Below are positions 19,369 through 28,110 of a stretch of DNA of 28,548 nucleotides, piece after piece. The DNA is from Campylobacterota bacterium. GTDB lineage: Bacteria > Campylobacterota > Campylobacteria > Campylobacterales > Arcobacteraceae. The notes under the pieces were generated by a model. That model was given only the letters and a program-made list of their open reading frames with translations, had not been told where the DNA came from and made no database searches. The DNA lies in contig JBNJFB010000026.1 in NCBI GenBank assembly GCA_051746405.1, positions 1 to 28,548 of the forward strand, written 5' to 3'. A program made the position numbers and the translations under genes. The stretch's first letter is position 1; every line of letters begins with the position of its first letter.

Positions 19369-20520
19369 ATGTGCCATGAGTTAAAAAAGATCTCTTTGGG
19401 TGAATTTTTAGAGTATAAAACTTTATACTATGATAAGATAGATTTTTCCTATGTAAAAAAAGCTTGGTATTTATTAGAGCAAAAAATAAAAATGCCATAT
19501 GTGATTCATATAGTAGGAACAAATGGTAAAGGAACTACAGGCAGGTTTCTTGCCACTTATTTATACAGAAAAAAATATAGAGTACTTCACTACAGCTCAC
19601 CTCATATAATAAATTTCAATGAACGAATTTGGAAAAATGGAAGTGATATTGATGATAAATCCCTTCAAAAAGCCCATGAGTTTTTACAAGATATCTTTGA
19701 TATAGAGTTACTTAAAGTATTAACATACTTTGAGTATACAACACTGCTTGCCCTTTATTTATCAAAAGATATTGATTATTTAGTATTAGAAGCTGGACTT
19801 GGGGGAGAGTTTGATGCAACAAATGTGGTAAAAAATCAGTTATCACTTATAACAACAATAGGATTAGACCATCAAGAGTTTTTAGGTGATACTATAGAAA
19901 AGATAGCAACAACTAAAATGCGTTCTTGTGATACAAAAATGATTATTGGTTATCAAGAGAATAAAGAAGTGCTAGATTATGCAAAAGAGGTACAAAAACA
20001 AAAGAGTATTGAATTAAAAGTTGTAGAAGATTTTGATAAATATAAGTTTGATGACTCTTTTCCTTTATATCTAAAAAGAAATCTAGCTTTAGTTACAGCT
20101 TGCTTAGAAGAGTTAGGTGTGGATATTGATACTTCATACTTTACTAATATAAAACTTTTTGGAAGATGTGAAAAAATTGCTTCAAATATTACTATAGATG
20201 TGGGACATAATCCTTTAGCTGCTAATGCTTTATTAAAAGAGTTTGAAAATGAAAAAGTGGTTTTAGTCTATAACTCTTTTTTTAATAAAGATTATAAAAC
20301 TGTTTTAAAGATATTAAAACCTATTATAAAAGCTGTTTATATAATAGAAATTGATGATAAAAGAGTTGAAAAAAAAGATACTTTATCAAATATTTTAGAA
20401 GAATTAAATATAATAAATTATAAAAGTTTGGAAATTAAAAATGATGAAAACTATTTAGTTTTTGGTTCATTTTTAGTTGTAGAAAGATTCTTGTCTTTGA
20501 TAGGGTTTAATGAAAAATAG
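19369..20520 (+). CDS. folC: Bifunctional folylpolyglutamate/dihydrofolate synthase
   Basis: IHIVGTNGKGTT, SSPHIINFNERI, EAGLGGEFDATNV and DVGHNP. Confidence 0.93.
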   Translation: MCHELKKISLGEFLEYKTLYYDKIDFSYVKKAWYLLEQKIKMPYVIHIVGTNGKGTTGRFLATYLYRKKYRVLHYSSPHIINFNERIWKNGSDIDDKSLQKAHEFLQDIFDIELLKVLTYFEYTTLLALYLSKDIDYLVLEAGLGGEFDATNVVKNQLSLITTIGLDHQEFLGDTIEKIATTKMRSCDTKMIIGYQENKEVLDYAKEVQKQKSIELKVVEDFDKYKFDDSFPLYLKRNLALVTACLEELGVDIDTSYFTNIKLFGRCEKIASNITIDVGHNPLAANALLKEFENEKVVLVYNSFFNKDYKTVLKILKPIIKAVYIIEIDDKRVEKKDTLSNILEELNIINYKSLEIKNDENYLVFGSFLVVERFLSLIGFNEK

Positions 20521-21418
20521 ATTAATAATAACAGTATCTGATGTAAGAGGAACAAAATCTTATAATCTACATCAATTTATAAAAAAAATACTTCTTTTTA
20601 TAATAATTGCAGTTGTTTTAGTTTTATTGGGAAGTTTTTGGTTTATCTCATATTTGGATAATCAAGTTGATGAAGTAAAGCAAAATAAACAAAAAGAACT
20701 AAATGTTTTGGAGCAAAAAGAGCAAAAACTACTAGCTCAAAATAAGTTTTATTCTGTTCAGATTGAGAGTAAAGTACAAGATATAGAAGAGTTAAGCTCA
20801 AAGCTTGATGAAATACACACAATTATTGGTGTGGAAAAAGATGCAACAACAGAAGAGATTACTAAAAAGACTCTACAAACTTTAAATGTAAATAGAAGAA
20901 AATATACCCTAAGAGTTATTCCAAATGGGAAGCCTTTGGATAAAATAACAACATCTTCAGGTTATGGATACAGAGTTCATCCTATTACAAAAAAAAGACA
21001 GTTTCATAGGGGACTTGATATACCTGCAAATGTAGGCTCAGCAGTAAGAGCAACAGCAGATGGAGTTGTGGAGTACGTACAATCAAGAGATATAGGCTCT
21101 TATGGTAGAGTTATTAGAATAAGTCATAATTTTGGTTTTAAAACAGTATTCGCCCATCTTAAAAAAACAAAAGTAAAAGTTGGTGATATTGTAAAAAAAG
21201 GTGATTTAATAGGGCTTTCGGGTAATTCGGGAAGAAGTACAGGTCCACATTTGCACTATGAGGTTAGATACGCAAATAAGGTTTTAAATCCAAAAAGGTT
21301 TATAGATTGGAATTTAGAAAAATATGATTATATCTTTAAGAAAATAAGGAGAGTTGAATGGGAATCTTTACTAAATCTAATAAAAGATCAGCATCAAATT
21401 CAACAGCAACAGTCGTAG
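20510..21418 (+). CDS. M23 family peptidoglycan endopeptidase (Csd1-like)
   Basis: N-terminal TM plus coiled coil; intact Zn motifs HRGLD and GPHLHYEV. Confidence 0.92.
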   Translation: MKNRLIITVSDVRGTKSYNLHQFIKKILLFIIIAVVLVLLGSFWFISYLDNQVDEVKQNKQKELNVLEQKEQKLLAQNKFYSVQIESKVQDIEELSSKLDEIHTIIGVEKDATTEEITKKTLQTLNVNRRKYTLRVIPNGKPLDKITTSSGYGYRVHPITKKRQFHRGLDIPANVGSAVRATADGVVEYVQSRDIGSYGRVIRISHNFGFKTVFAHLKKTKVKVGDIVKKGDLIGLSGNSGRSTGPHLHYEVRYANKVLNPKRFIDWNLEKYDYIFKKIRRVEWESLLNLIKDQHQIQQQQS

Positions 21419-21798
21419 CACCTGGTACTTGTATTATTGGGGGAATTAGCACAAAGGGTACAGTTCATATTGATGGTAAATTTGAAGGTGTTATTTTAGA
21501 AGCTGATGTTATTTCCATTGGTCCAGAGGGTGAAGTCATAGGAGATATTAAAGCAAATAATCTAATTGTAAATGGCCTTTTTGATGGAAAGATAGATTGT
21601 AATGAAGTGCAGATACTAGAAAGTGGAAAAGTAATTGGTGAAATGAGATATAATGAACTAATTATTGACCCAAAAGGTAAATTTGAAGGTACAGGAGTTA
21701 GAAAAGATTCTGAGATAAGAAGTAGATATAATGAGATTGAACAAAAGATAAACAATATAGTAGTTGGACCATCTGTGATTGCTCATGAAAAGTCTTGA
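21358..21798 (+). CDS. Bactofilin (polymer-forming cytoskeletal protein, CcmA-like)
   Basis: MGIF membrane-targeting N-terminus, beta-helix pattern VHIDGKFEG...GEVIGDIKANNLIVNG...GKFEG; strong SD AAGGAG inside the M23 gene. Confidence 0.92.
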   Translation: MGIFTKSNKRSASNSTATVVAPGTCIIGGISTKGTVHIDGKFEGVILEADVISIGPEGEVIGDIKANNLIVNGLFDGKIDCNEVQILESGKVIGEMRYNELIIDPKGKFEGTGVRKDSEIRSRYNEIEQKINNIVVGPSVIAHEKS

Positions 21799-23905
21799 AA
21801 GAAAACTTCAATCTTTATATGCCCAAAAAGAAGAGATTGAACAGCAGATTAAATCCATAGAGATAAAGATTGCATCAGTATCTACTCATAATCAACAAAT
21901 AAAGTTTACAAAAGATGAAAAAATAGAGATTTTTAAGTCTTTATTTATAGGAAGATATGATATTTATGCTAAGAGATGGGTAAGTAAAGATAAGCAAAAA
22001 ACATCATACTTTCCTGTAACTCAAACTTTTAAAGCAGAAGATTATATACCACTTACAAACAAAGATATAGAGGCACACTTAAGAGGAATTGTAGATTTAG
22101 CAACATTTTGTATTGATATAAATAACTCTTCAAAGTTTGTGGCTTTAAATATTTTAGATGAGGATAAGTTTAAACTACAAATAGCATTAAACTCTCTAGG
22201 TATTAGAGCATACTATGAACTAGATAGAAATAATAGTTTAATAGCATGGATATTTTTTCAAGAGAGTATCTCTTCAAAAATAGCTTATAATTTTGCTAGA
22301 TTTGTACTAAAAAAAGCAAATATTAATGCTTTTATATATCCAAGTCAAGAGTTTAGTACAAATGATAACTTAGATAAACCCCTTGCTTTACCGCTTCATT
22401 TAAGCTATAGAAAAAAGAATAAAACTGTATTCATAGATACAAATACAAATAAAATTTATGAAGACCAATGGAGTATATTAAACAAAGTTTTAAAAGTAAA
22501 TACTCAAGATATCTATAAATATTCTCAAACAAATACCTCCACTAGCAATGAAATTGCAAATGTAAATGTACAGTTTCCAGTAGATGAGATTAAGATGGTA
22601 CTTTTAGATTTTTTATATATACCATCAAAAGATTTATCAAAATCTTTACTTAAAACCCTTAAATCCTTTGCCTCTTTTGAAAATCCCCAAATAAAAGTAT
22701 TATTAAGTCTTAGAAAACCTCTTTATAATACGCCTAGGGTTATACATGGGTTTGAAGAAGATGAGACTCATTTAATGCTACCAAGGGGATTAACTTCAAA
22801 AGTTGTGGACTTTTTTGAACAAAATAGGGTGAAATATAGTATAGATGATAAAAGAGAGATAAATAAAGTAGATACAAAAAAAGTAAAGTTTACATTAAGA
22901 CCCGAACAAGAAGATGCTATAAAAGCTATTTTAAGACAAGATATCTCTATTTGTGTAGCACCACCTGGTTTTGGAAAAACTTTAATAGGAGCAAAAGCTT
23001 TTGAAAAAAGAGCTTGTAGCACACTAATAGTTGTAAATAAAAATATGCTTTTGGATCAATGGATTGAAAGATTTGTTGATTATTTTGATTATGCTAAAAA
23101 GGATATAGGATTTTTAGGAAAGGGAAAAAACAGACTAAATGGTGTAATTGATGTGGCTACCATGCAAAGTTTGAAAAATAGCCCTGAATATATTCATAAC
23201 TACTCTTTTGTTATTGTAGATGAGTGTCACCATATTCCTGCTGTTACATTTGAGCAGATAATTAAAAATTTTAAAGGTAAATATGTTTTAGGACTTAGTG
23301 CAACTCCTAATAGAAAAGATGGATTAGAGCCTATACTTTATCAACAATTGGGGCAAATAGCATATGAGTATAAAAAGAAAAGAACCCACTATAATAAACT
23401 AAGAATAGTAAGAACATCATTTGTGAGTGATTCTAGTAATTATGCTACATTGATAAATGAATTGTGTGTTGATGATAATAGAAATAACCTAATAATTAAG
23501 GAAATAAAAGATAATATACAAAGAAAAATTCTTTTATTAACAGATAGAATTGAACATATAAATATATTAGAACATAAGCTTTTAGAAAATGGTATAGAGT
23601 TTATTAGTATTCATGGAAGTATGAATAAAAAAGAACAAGTTGCAAAGATGAAAGAGGTTAAAAATAACTCTTTGATTTTAGCAACCACTTCATATTTTGG
23701 TGAAGGTATAGATTTTCCACACTTAAACACTATTCTTTTTGCAACACCAATATCTTATTATGGAAGACTAATACAGTATTTAGGAAGAGTAGGAAGGGGA
23801 AATCAAGAGTGTTTGGCAATTGATTTTTTAGACTCAAAAAATCCTATGCTAAACTCTGCTTATAAAAAAAGGCTTGAGGGCTACAAACAGATGCATTATA
23901 AATAA
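21785..23905 (+). CDS. SF2 (DExH, ResIII/XPB-like) helicase with N-terminal degenerate AEP/TOTE-type primase-like domain
   Basis: Helicase motifs LRPEQ, APPGFGKT, DECHH, SAT, GEGIDFP and QYLGRVGR. N-terminal FKSLFIGRYDIYAKRW...YIPLT..DIEAHLRG...PLALPL...DQW. ATG 21785 overlaps the bactofilin 3' end. Confidence 0.85.
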   Translation: MKSLERKLQSLYAQKEEIEQQIKSIEIKIASVSTHNQQIKFTKDEKIEIFKSLFIGRYDIYAKRWVSKDKQKTSYFPVTQTFKAEDYIPLTNKDIEAHLRGIVDLATFCIDINNSSKFVALNILDEDKFKLQIALNSLGIRAYYELDRNNSLIAWIFFQESISSKIAYNFARFVLKKANINAFIYPSQEFSTNDNLDKPLALPLHLSYRKKNKTVFIDTNTNKIYEDQWSILNKVLKVNTQDIYKYSQTNTSTSNEIANVNVQFPVDEIKMVLLDFLYIPSKDLSKSLLKTLKSFASFENPQIKVLLSLRKPLYNTPRVIHGFEEDETHLMLPRGLTSKVVDFFEQNRVKYSIDDKREINKVDTKKVKFTLRPEQEDAIKAILRQDISICVAPPGFGKTLIGAKAFEKRACSTLIVVNKNMLLDQWIERFVDYFDYAKKDIGFLGKGKNRLNGVIDVATMQSLKNSPEYIHNYSFVIVDECHHIPAVTFEQIIKNFKGKYVLGLSATPNRKDGLEPILYQQLGQIAYEYKKKRTHYNKLRIVRTSFVSDSSNYATLINELCVDDNRNNLIIKEIKDNIQRKILLLTDRIEHINILEHKLLENGIEFISIHGSMNKKEQVAKMKEVKNNSLILATTSYFGEGIDFPHLNTILFATPISYYGRLIQYLGRVGRGNQECLAIDFLDSKNPMLNSAYKKRLEGYKQMHYK

Positions 23906-23918
23906 AGGGGAAATAGGA

Positions 23919-25532
23919 ATGTTAGGTATTATTGTCTCAACAATAGCAATAGCACTATTTGTAAATTTAGTTTTAAAAAAGTTTCATTTACCAACAATTA
24001 TTGGATATATATTCACAGGTACAATTATAGCTTATGTATTTGAACTTCATCATGCAGCTAATAATCATACACTAATGGAAATAGGTGAGTTTGGTGTAGT
24101 CTTTTTGATGTTTACTATTGGTTTAGAGTTTTCAATAAATCACTTAAAGAAGATGAAAAGAGAAGTTTTCTTTACAGGAAGTTTACAGATATTATTAACA
24201 GCTAGTTTTGTATTTTTGGTGTGTTATTTTATAATAGGCTTAGGACTTCAAACAGCTATAATAATAGGTGCAGCACTTGCACTATCATCAACAGCGATTG
24301 TACTTAAAACATTTAATGAAACAAAAGAGATAAACAAACCCCATGGAAAAAGAGTTCTTGGAATTTTGATTATGCAAGATATTGCAGTAATTCCAATACT
24401 TTTAATGATTTCATTCTTTACAATGGGTGAGGATGCTAGTGTTGGATATATGATTTTAAAAACACTAATTGCAGCTGCTATTTTACTATCTATTTTATAC
24501 TTTTCTGGAAAGTATTTACTAGAACCATTTTTAACAATTGTATCCAAAACAAGAACTGATGAGCTTTTTGTGGGGTCTGTTTTATTACTTGCTATTGGGT
24601 CTTCATTTTTAGCTCATGAGTTTGGATTTACTTACTCTTTAGGTGCATTTATTGCAGGTATGATGATTAGTGAAACTAAGTTTAAACATCAAGTTGAAGC
24701 TGATTTAATACCTTTTAGAAATATATTATTAGGTGTATTTTTTATCACCGTTGGTATGCAGATTAGTTTTAAAGTTATTGTAGATTATGCATGGATAATA
24801 CTACTGCTATTACCACTTTTAATGGGCTTAAAGTTTATAGTTATTTATACACTTGTAAAGTTTGATGACAATAAAAGAGTTGCCTTTAAAACTGCACTAT
24901 CACTTATACAAATTGGAGAGTTTTCCCTAGCTATTTTAGAGCTTGCAAGAAGTCAAAATTTAGTTGACCAAACCTATTCGCAAGTATTAATTGTAACAAT
25001 TGTAATTTCAATGGTTTTAACACCTATTATTCTAAAAAATCTTTCAAAAGCAGCTTCTAAGCTTATTAAAGAAGATGTTATGATGTTAAATAATCAACAC
25101 TACGTAAATGAAGATAAAAAAAATCATGTAGTAGTTTTAGGATATGGAAGATTTGGACAGGCAATTGTAGAAGAGTTGAAACTCTTAGGTCAAGATTATG
25201 TTGTGGTTGAACATAATATTAAGTTTTATAAAGAGGGTGAAAAAAATGAAGAACCTATAATATTTGGAAATGGAGCAAGTAGGCATATCCTAAATGCTGT
25301 AAATATAAAAAGTGCATCAGCTGTTATTGTTGCTGTTAATAACCCTGAAACACTTCACTTAATCTGTGAAGCCTTAGATGAATTAACATACAACGCCAAA
25401 ACAATTATAACAGTAAGAAACAAACAAGAAAAAATAGCACTTGAAGGGCTTCATCTACAACATATTATTGTAGAAACAGAACAAATATCTAAATCTGTTG
25501 TTGATGAGGTTATGTACTGTAGGCTTGATTAA
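23919..25532 (+). CDS. CPA2-family cation:proton antiporter (KefB/KefC-like) with C-terminal TrkA-N/RCK domain
   Basis: GEFGVVFLMFTIGLE, ALSSTAIV, LIMQD, GEFS and RCK motif LGYGRFG; start set at ATG 23919. Confidence 0.9.
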   Translation: MLGIIVSTIAIALFVNLVLKKFHLPTIIGYIFTGTIIAYVFELHHAANNHTLMEIGEFGVVFLMFTIGLEFSINHLKKMKREVFFTGSLQILLTASFVFLVCYFIIGLGLQTAIIIGAALALSSTAIVLKTFNETKEINKPHGKRVLGILIMQDIAVIPILLMISFFTMGEDASVGYMILKTLIAAAILLSILYFSGKYLLEPFLTIVSKTRTDELFVGSVLLLAIGSSFLAHEFGFTYSLGAFIAGMMISETKFKHQVEADLIPFRNILLGVFFITVGMQISFKVIVDYAWIILLLLPLLMGLKFIVIYTLVKFDDNKRVAFKTALSLIQIGEFSLAILELARSQNLVDQTYSQVLIVTIVISMVLTPIILKNLSKAASKLIKEDVMMLNNQHYVNEDKKNHVVVLGYGRFGQAIVEELKLLGQDYVVVEHNIKFYKEGEKNEEPIIFGNGASRHILNAVNIKSASAVIVAVNNPETLHLICEALDELTYNAKTIITVRNKQEKIALEGLHLQHIIVETEQISKSVVDEVMYCRLD

Positions 25533-25555
25533 AAGAGTAGATTAACTACTCTTTT
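25531..25555. terminator. Bidirectional terminator hairpin between the convergent antiporter and OlsF-like genes
   Basis: AAAAGAGTAG-attaa-CTACTCTTTT, a perfect 10-bp inverted repeat with T-runs on both strands. Confidence 0.7.
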
Positions 25556-27258
25556 GTAATATATCTTTTTCTTGCACTATCTTTGATTTTATCAACTTCA
25601 ACTAATATAAATCCATCAATACAATCAGCAAAATCTTTGTCCACATTAAAATCCAAAAACTTAACTCCTTTGTCATAAGCTATATCACTATACTGTTTAT
25701 AAAGTGTAGGAACAGCACAGTTCATATTTGCAAAGTTTGTTTTTAGAAGTTTAAAATCTCCTTTTTTATCATCAAGAAAAAAAGAATCTTTTATATTCTC
25801 TTCTTTAGTGGAGTATTTGTAAGGTAGAGTAGCTTTTACTAAAGTTTCATCTGTTTTAAAATAGTGTGAATAGTAATAAACCATCATATCTTTTGCAATC
25901 TTTGGAAAACTTGCACTAATAGAGACAGGACCAAACATATACTTAATATGTGGATTCTTCTTTAAGTATGCACCTATTCCATACCACAAGTAGTCTAAAG
26001 CTCTTGTACCCCAGTACTTTGGTTGAACAAAACTTCTTCCAAGCTCTATGGAGTTTTTTAAATATGGTAAGAAGTCATCATTAAATTTAAATAATGAATT
26101 AGAGTAAAAACCTTTTACTCCTATCTCTTTATAGATGAAATTTGAGTTTCCTATTCTATATGAACCAACTATCTCTAAATCATTTTTATCCCATAAAATA
26201 ATATGTTGATAGTAAATATCATATTTATCTGTATCTCTTTTTTTATTTATACCCTCACCAACTTTTCTAAAAGATAGTTCCCTTAATCTTCCAAGCTCTT
26301 TTAGTACAACAGAGTCATCTGTATAATCATAAAGATATATCTCTTTTCCATCTTTTGTTTCCCCAATTTGTTGTGAGTTTTTTAGCTCAGATAAAATATC
26401 AGCACTTTTTTGTGGATGGGCAATTGCACATTGGGTTTGAAAATATGATTTTTTTCTTTTTTTTAGGGCATATAAATGTTTTCTATAGAGGTTTACAGTA
26501 AACTTTTTGCTTATTGCTTTTGGGATAATATTTTCAGATGGAATTATCTCACCTATTTTGATATTTATTCTTTTTGATTTCTTTTTAAACATTTCATGGG
26601 ATAAAAGAAGTGTTGAAAAAGTTTTGTTTAAAACAGAGATAGTGTAAAATGTCCTAGAGTTTTTTGCATCTAGAAAAATAGGTAAAATTGGTGAGTTAGA
26701 GTTTTTTGCAAAGTTCAAAAAACCTTTACTCCAAGATGGGTCTTTTATTCCTTTTGATGTTGCTCTACTAACCTCTCCTGCTGGAAAAACTATAACAGCC
26801 TCTTCTCTATCAAGGGCATCATATATCTGCTTAATATCATCTTTTGATTGTCTTATTTTATAATTATCAATAGGAATCATTAAAGAGTCTAAAGCATGAA
26901 ATCCAACTAAAAAATCATTTGCTACGATTTTTACATCTTTTCTAACTGTTGAAATAAGTCTTAATAAACAAAGTGCATCTAGTCCACCAAGGGGATGGTT
27001 TGCAATAATTACAACTTTTCCACTACATGGGATATTTTGAATATCATTGCTTGAAACTGTATAATCAAACTCAAAATAGTCTAAAACAGCATCCACAAAC
27101 TCAAAACCTTTTAAGTGAGAGTTTTGCTGTAAAAAGTTGTTTATTGAGTCCTCATGAACTATTTTCTTTGCAATTTTAAATAATGATTTTTTAAAGAAAT
27201 TACCTCTTTTATTTATGTTTGGAAACTTCTTTTCTATCTCTTTTTGTACATCAATCAT
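25546..27258 (-). CDS. Bifunctional acyltransferase (PlsC-like plus GNAT N-acyltransferase), OlsF-like ornithine lipid synthase
   Basis: N-domain NHPLGGLD (HX4D) and FPAGEVS; C-domain ELGRLRELSFR..GEG...DTDKYD, VGSYR, IELGRSFVQPKYW and PTLYKQY; SD AAGGAG before ATG 27258. Confidence 0.85.
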   Translation of the reverse strand: MIDVQKEIEKKFPNINKRGNFFKKSLFKIAKKIVHEDSINNFLQQNSHLKGFEFVDAVLDYFEFDYTVSSNDIQNIPCSGKVVIIANHPLGGLDALCLLRLISTVRKDVKIVANDFLVGFHALDSLMIPIDNYKIRQSKDDIKQIYDALDREEAVIVFPAGEVSRATSKGIKDPSWSKGFLNFAKNSNSPILPIFLDAKNSRTFYTISVLNKTFSTLLLSHEMFKKKSKRINIKIGEIIPSENIIPKAISKKFTVNLYRKHLYALKKRKKSYFQTQCAIAHPQKSADILSELKNSQQIGETKDGKEIYLYDYTDDSVVLKELGRLRELSFRKVGEGINKKRDTDKYDIYYQHIILWDKNDLEIVGSYRIGNSNFIYKEIGVKGFYSNSLFKFNDDFLPYLKNSIELGRSFVQPKYWGTRALDYLWYGIGAYLKKNPHIKYMFGPVSISASFPKIAKDMMVYYYSHYFKTDETLVKATLPYKYSTKEENIKDSFFLDDKKGDFKLLKTNFANMNCAVPTLYKQYSDIAYDKGVKFLDFNVDKDFADCIDGFILVEVDKIKDSARKRYITKE

Positions 27259-27275
27259 CAAATCTCCTTAATGAA

Positions 27276-27309
27276 ATTGTAGTTACCTTTGATTACAAAA
27301 AGGTGACAG
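27276..27309 (-). promoter_or_regulatory. Pho-box-like direct repeat plus -10 box upstream of the OlsF-like gene
   Basis: Minus strand CTGTCAC-cttt-TTGTAAT (27309-27292), a 10-nt spacer, then TACAAT (27281-27276). Confidence 0.6.
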
Positions 27310-27351
27310 TACACCATTTGGGTGACCATAATAAAAACTTTTAAAAATTTA

Positions 27352-27360
27352 TGTTAAAAT
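27352..27360 (+). promoter_or_regulatory. Extended -10 (TGtTAAAAT) for the DUF445 gene
   Basis: TG-n-TAAAAT 28 nt upstream of ATG 27389, with SD AAGGAG in between. Confidence 0.5.
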
Positions 27361-27388
27361 ACTTTTTATTTAAAAGGAGAGTAAGTAT

Positions 27389-28096
27389 ATGAATAAATCA
27401 GATATTACAAACATAATAGCTACTTTAGTTATGGCCTACGGTTACTCAAATGGTTATGATACTATTTTTACAGTAGGGATATTTGCATTAAGTGGTTCAA
27501 TTACAAATACACTAGCAATTCATATGCTTTTTGAAAAAGTACCATATCTGTATGGTTCAGGTGTAATTCAAAATAAATTTTCCCAATTTAAACTCTCAAT
27601 TCATGACTTACTTATGTATCAGTTTTTTACAAAAGAGCATTTGGAAAAGTTTTTTGAAGATGAGGTAAATAGTGCAAAACAGACTATTGATTTTGAGAAA
27701 ATTTTAAATAAAACAGACTTTTCACCTAGTTTTGAGTCATTAAAAAATGCCATATTAGAATCAAAGTTTGGGGGAATGCTAGGGATGTTTGGAGGAGAAC
27801 AAGCACTAGAACCACTAAAAGAGCCTTTTACAAAAAAGCTAAAAAGCTCAATAATAGATATATCAAAAAGTGACTCATTTCAAACAGTCTTAAATGATGC
27901 ACTTAAATCACCAACTTTAAATGAAGATATTCATAATAGATTAAGTGAAGTGGTAAATAAAAGATTAGAAGAACTAACACCTAAAATGGTAAAAGAGATG
28001 ATACAAAAAATTATAAAAGAGCATCTTGGTTGGTTAGTAGTTTGGGGTGCAGTGTTTGGTGGACTTATTGGATTTGTTTCTACTTTAATAGTATAG
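27389..28096 (+). CDS. DUF445 family membrane protein
   Basis: ALSGSITNTLAIHMLFEKVPYLYGSGVI N-terminal and HLGWLVVWGAVFGGLIG C-terminal signatures. Confidence 0.85.
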   Translation: MNKSDITNIIATLVMAYGYSNGYDTIFTVGIFALSGSITNTLAIHMLFEKVPYLYGSGVIQNKFSQFKLSIHDLLMYQFFTKEHLEKFFEDEVNSAKQTIDFEKILNKTDFSPSFESLKNAILESKFGGMLGMFGGEQALEPLKEPFTKKLKSSIIDISKSDSFQTVLNDALKSPTLNEDIHNRLSEVVNKRLEELTPKMVKEMIQKIIKEHLGWLVVWGAVFGGLIGFVSTLIV

Positions 28097-28110
28097 TCCT
28101 AAAACTATAG

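Noticed and set aside
21385..21418. Gln-rich tail DQHQIQQQQS of the M23 peptidase
   Set aside because: Explained by the overlapping bactofilin frame (TCA/GCA/ACA codons read out of frame).
3852..24547. Short antisense ORFs in the track (e.g. 3852-4139, 4230-4433, 5236-5487, 5757-6017, 8946-9131, 9268-9507, 10897-11172, 12280-12513, 14442-14702, 15338-15547, 18546-18794, 19195-19377, 21465-21755, 22768-23022, 24248-24547)
   Set aside because: All lie opposite well-supported genes and most have the Ser/Phe/Ile-rich composition typical of reverse-frame artefacts.
28092..28109. Small inverted repeat TATAGT-cctaaa-ACTATA between DUF445 and the toxin
   Set aside because: A 6-bp AT-rich stem without a clear U-tract; too weak to call a terminator or attachment site.
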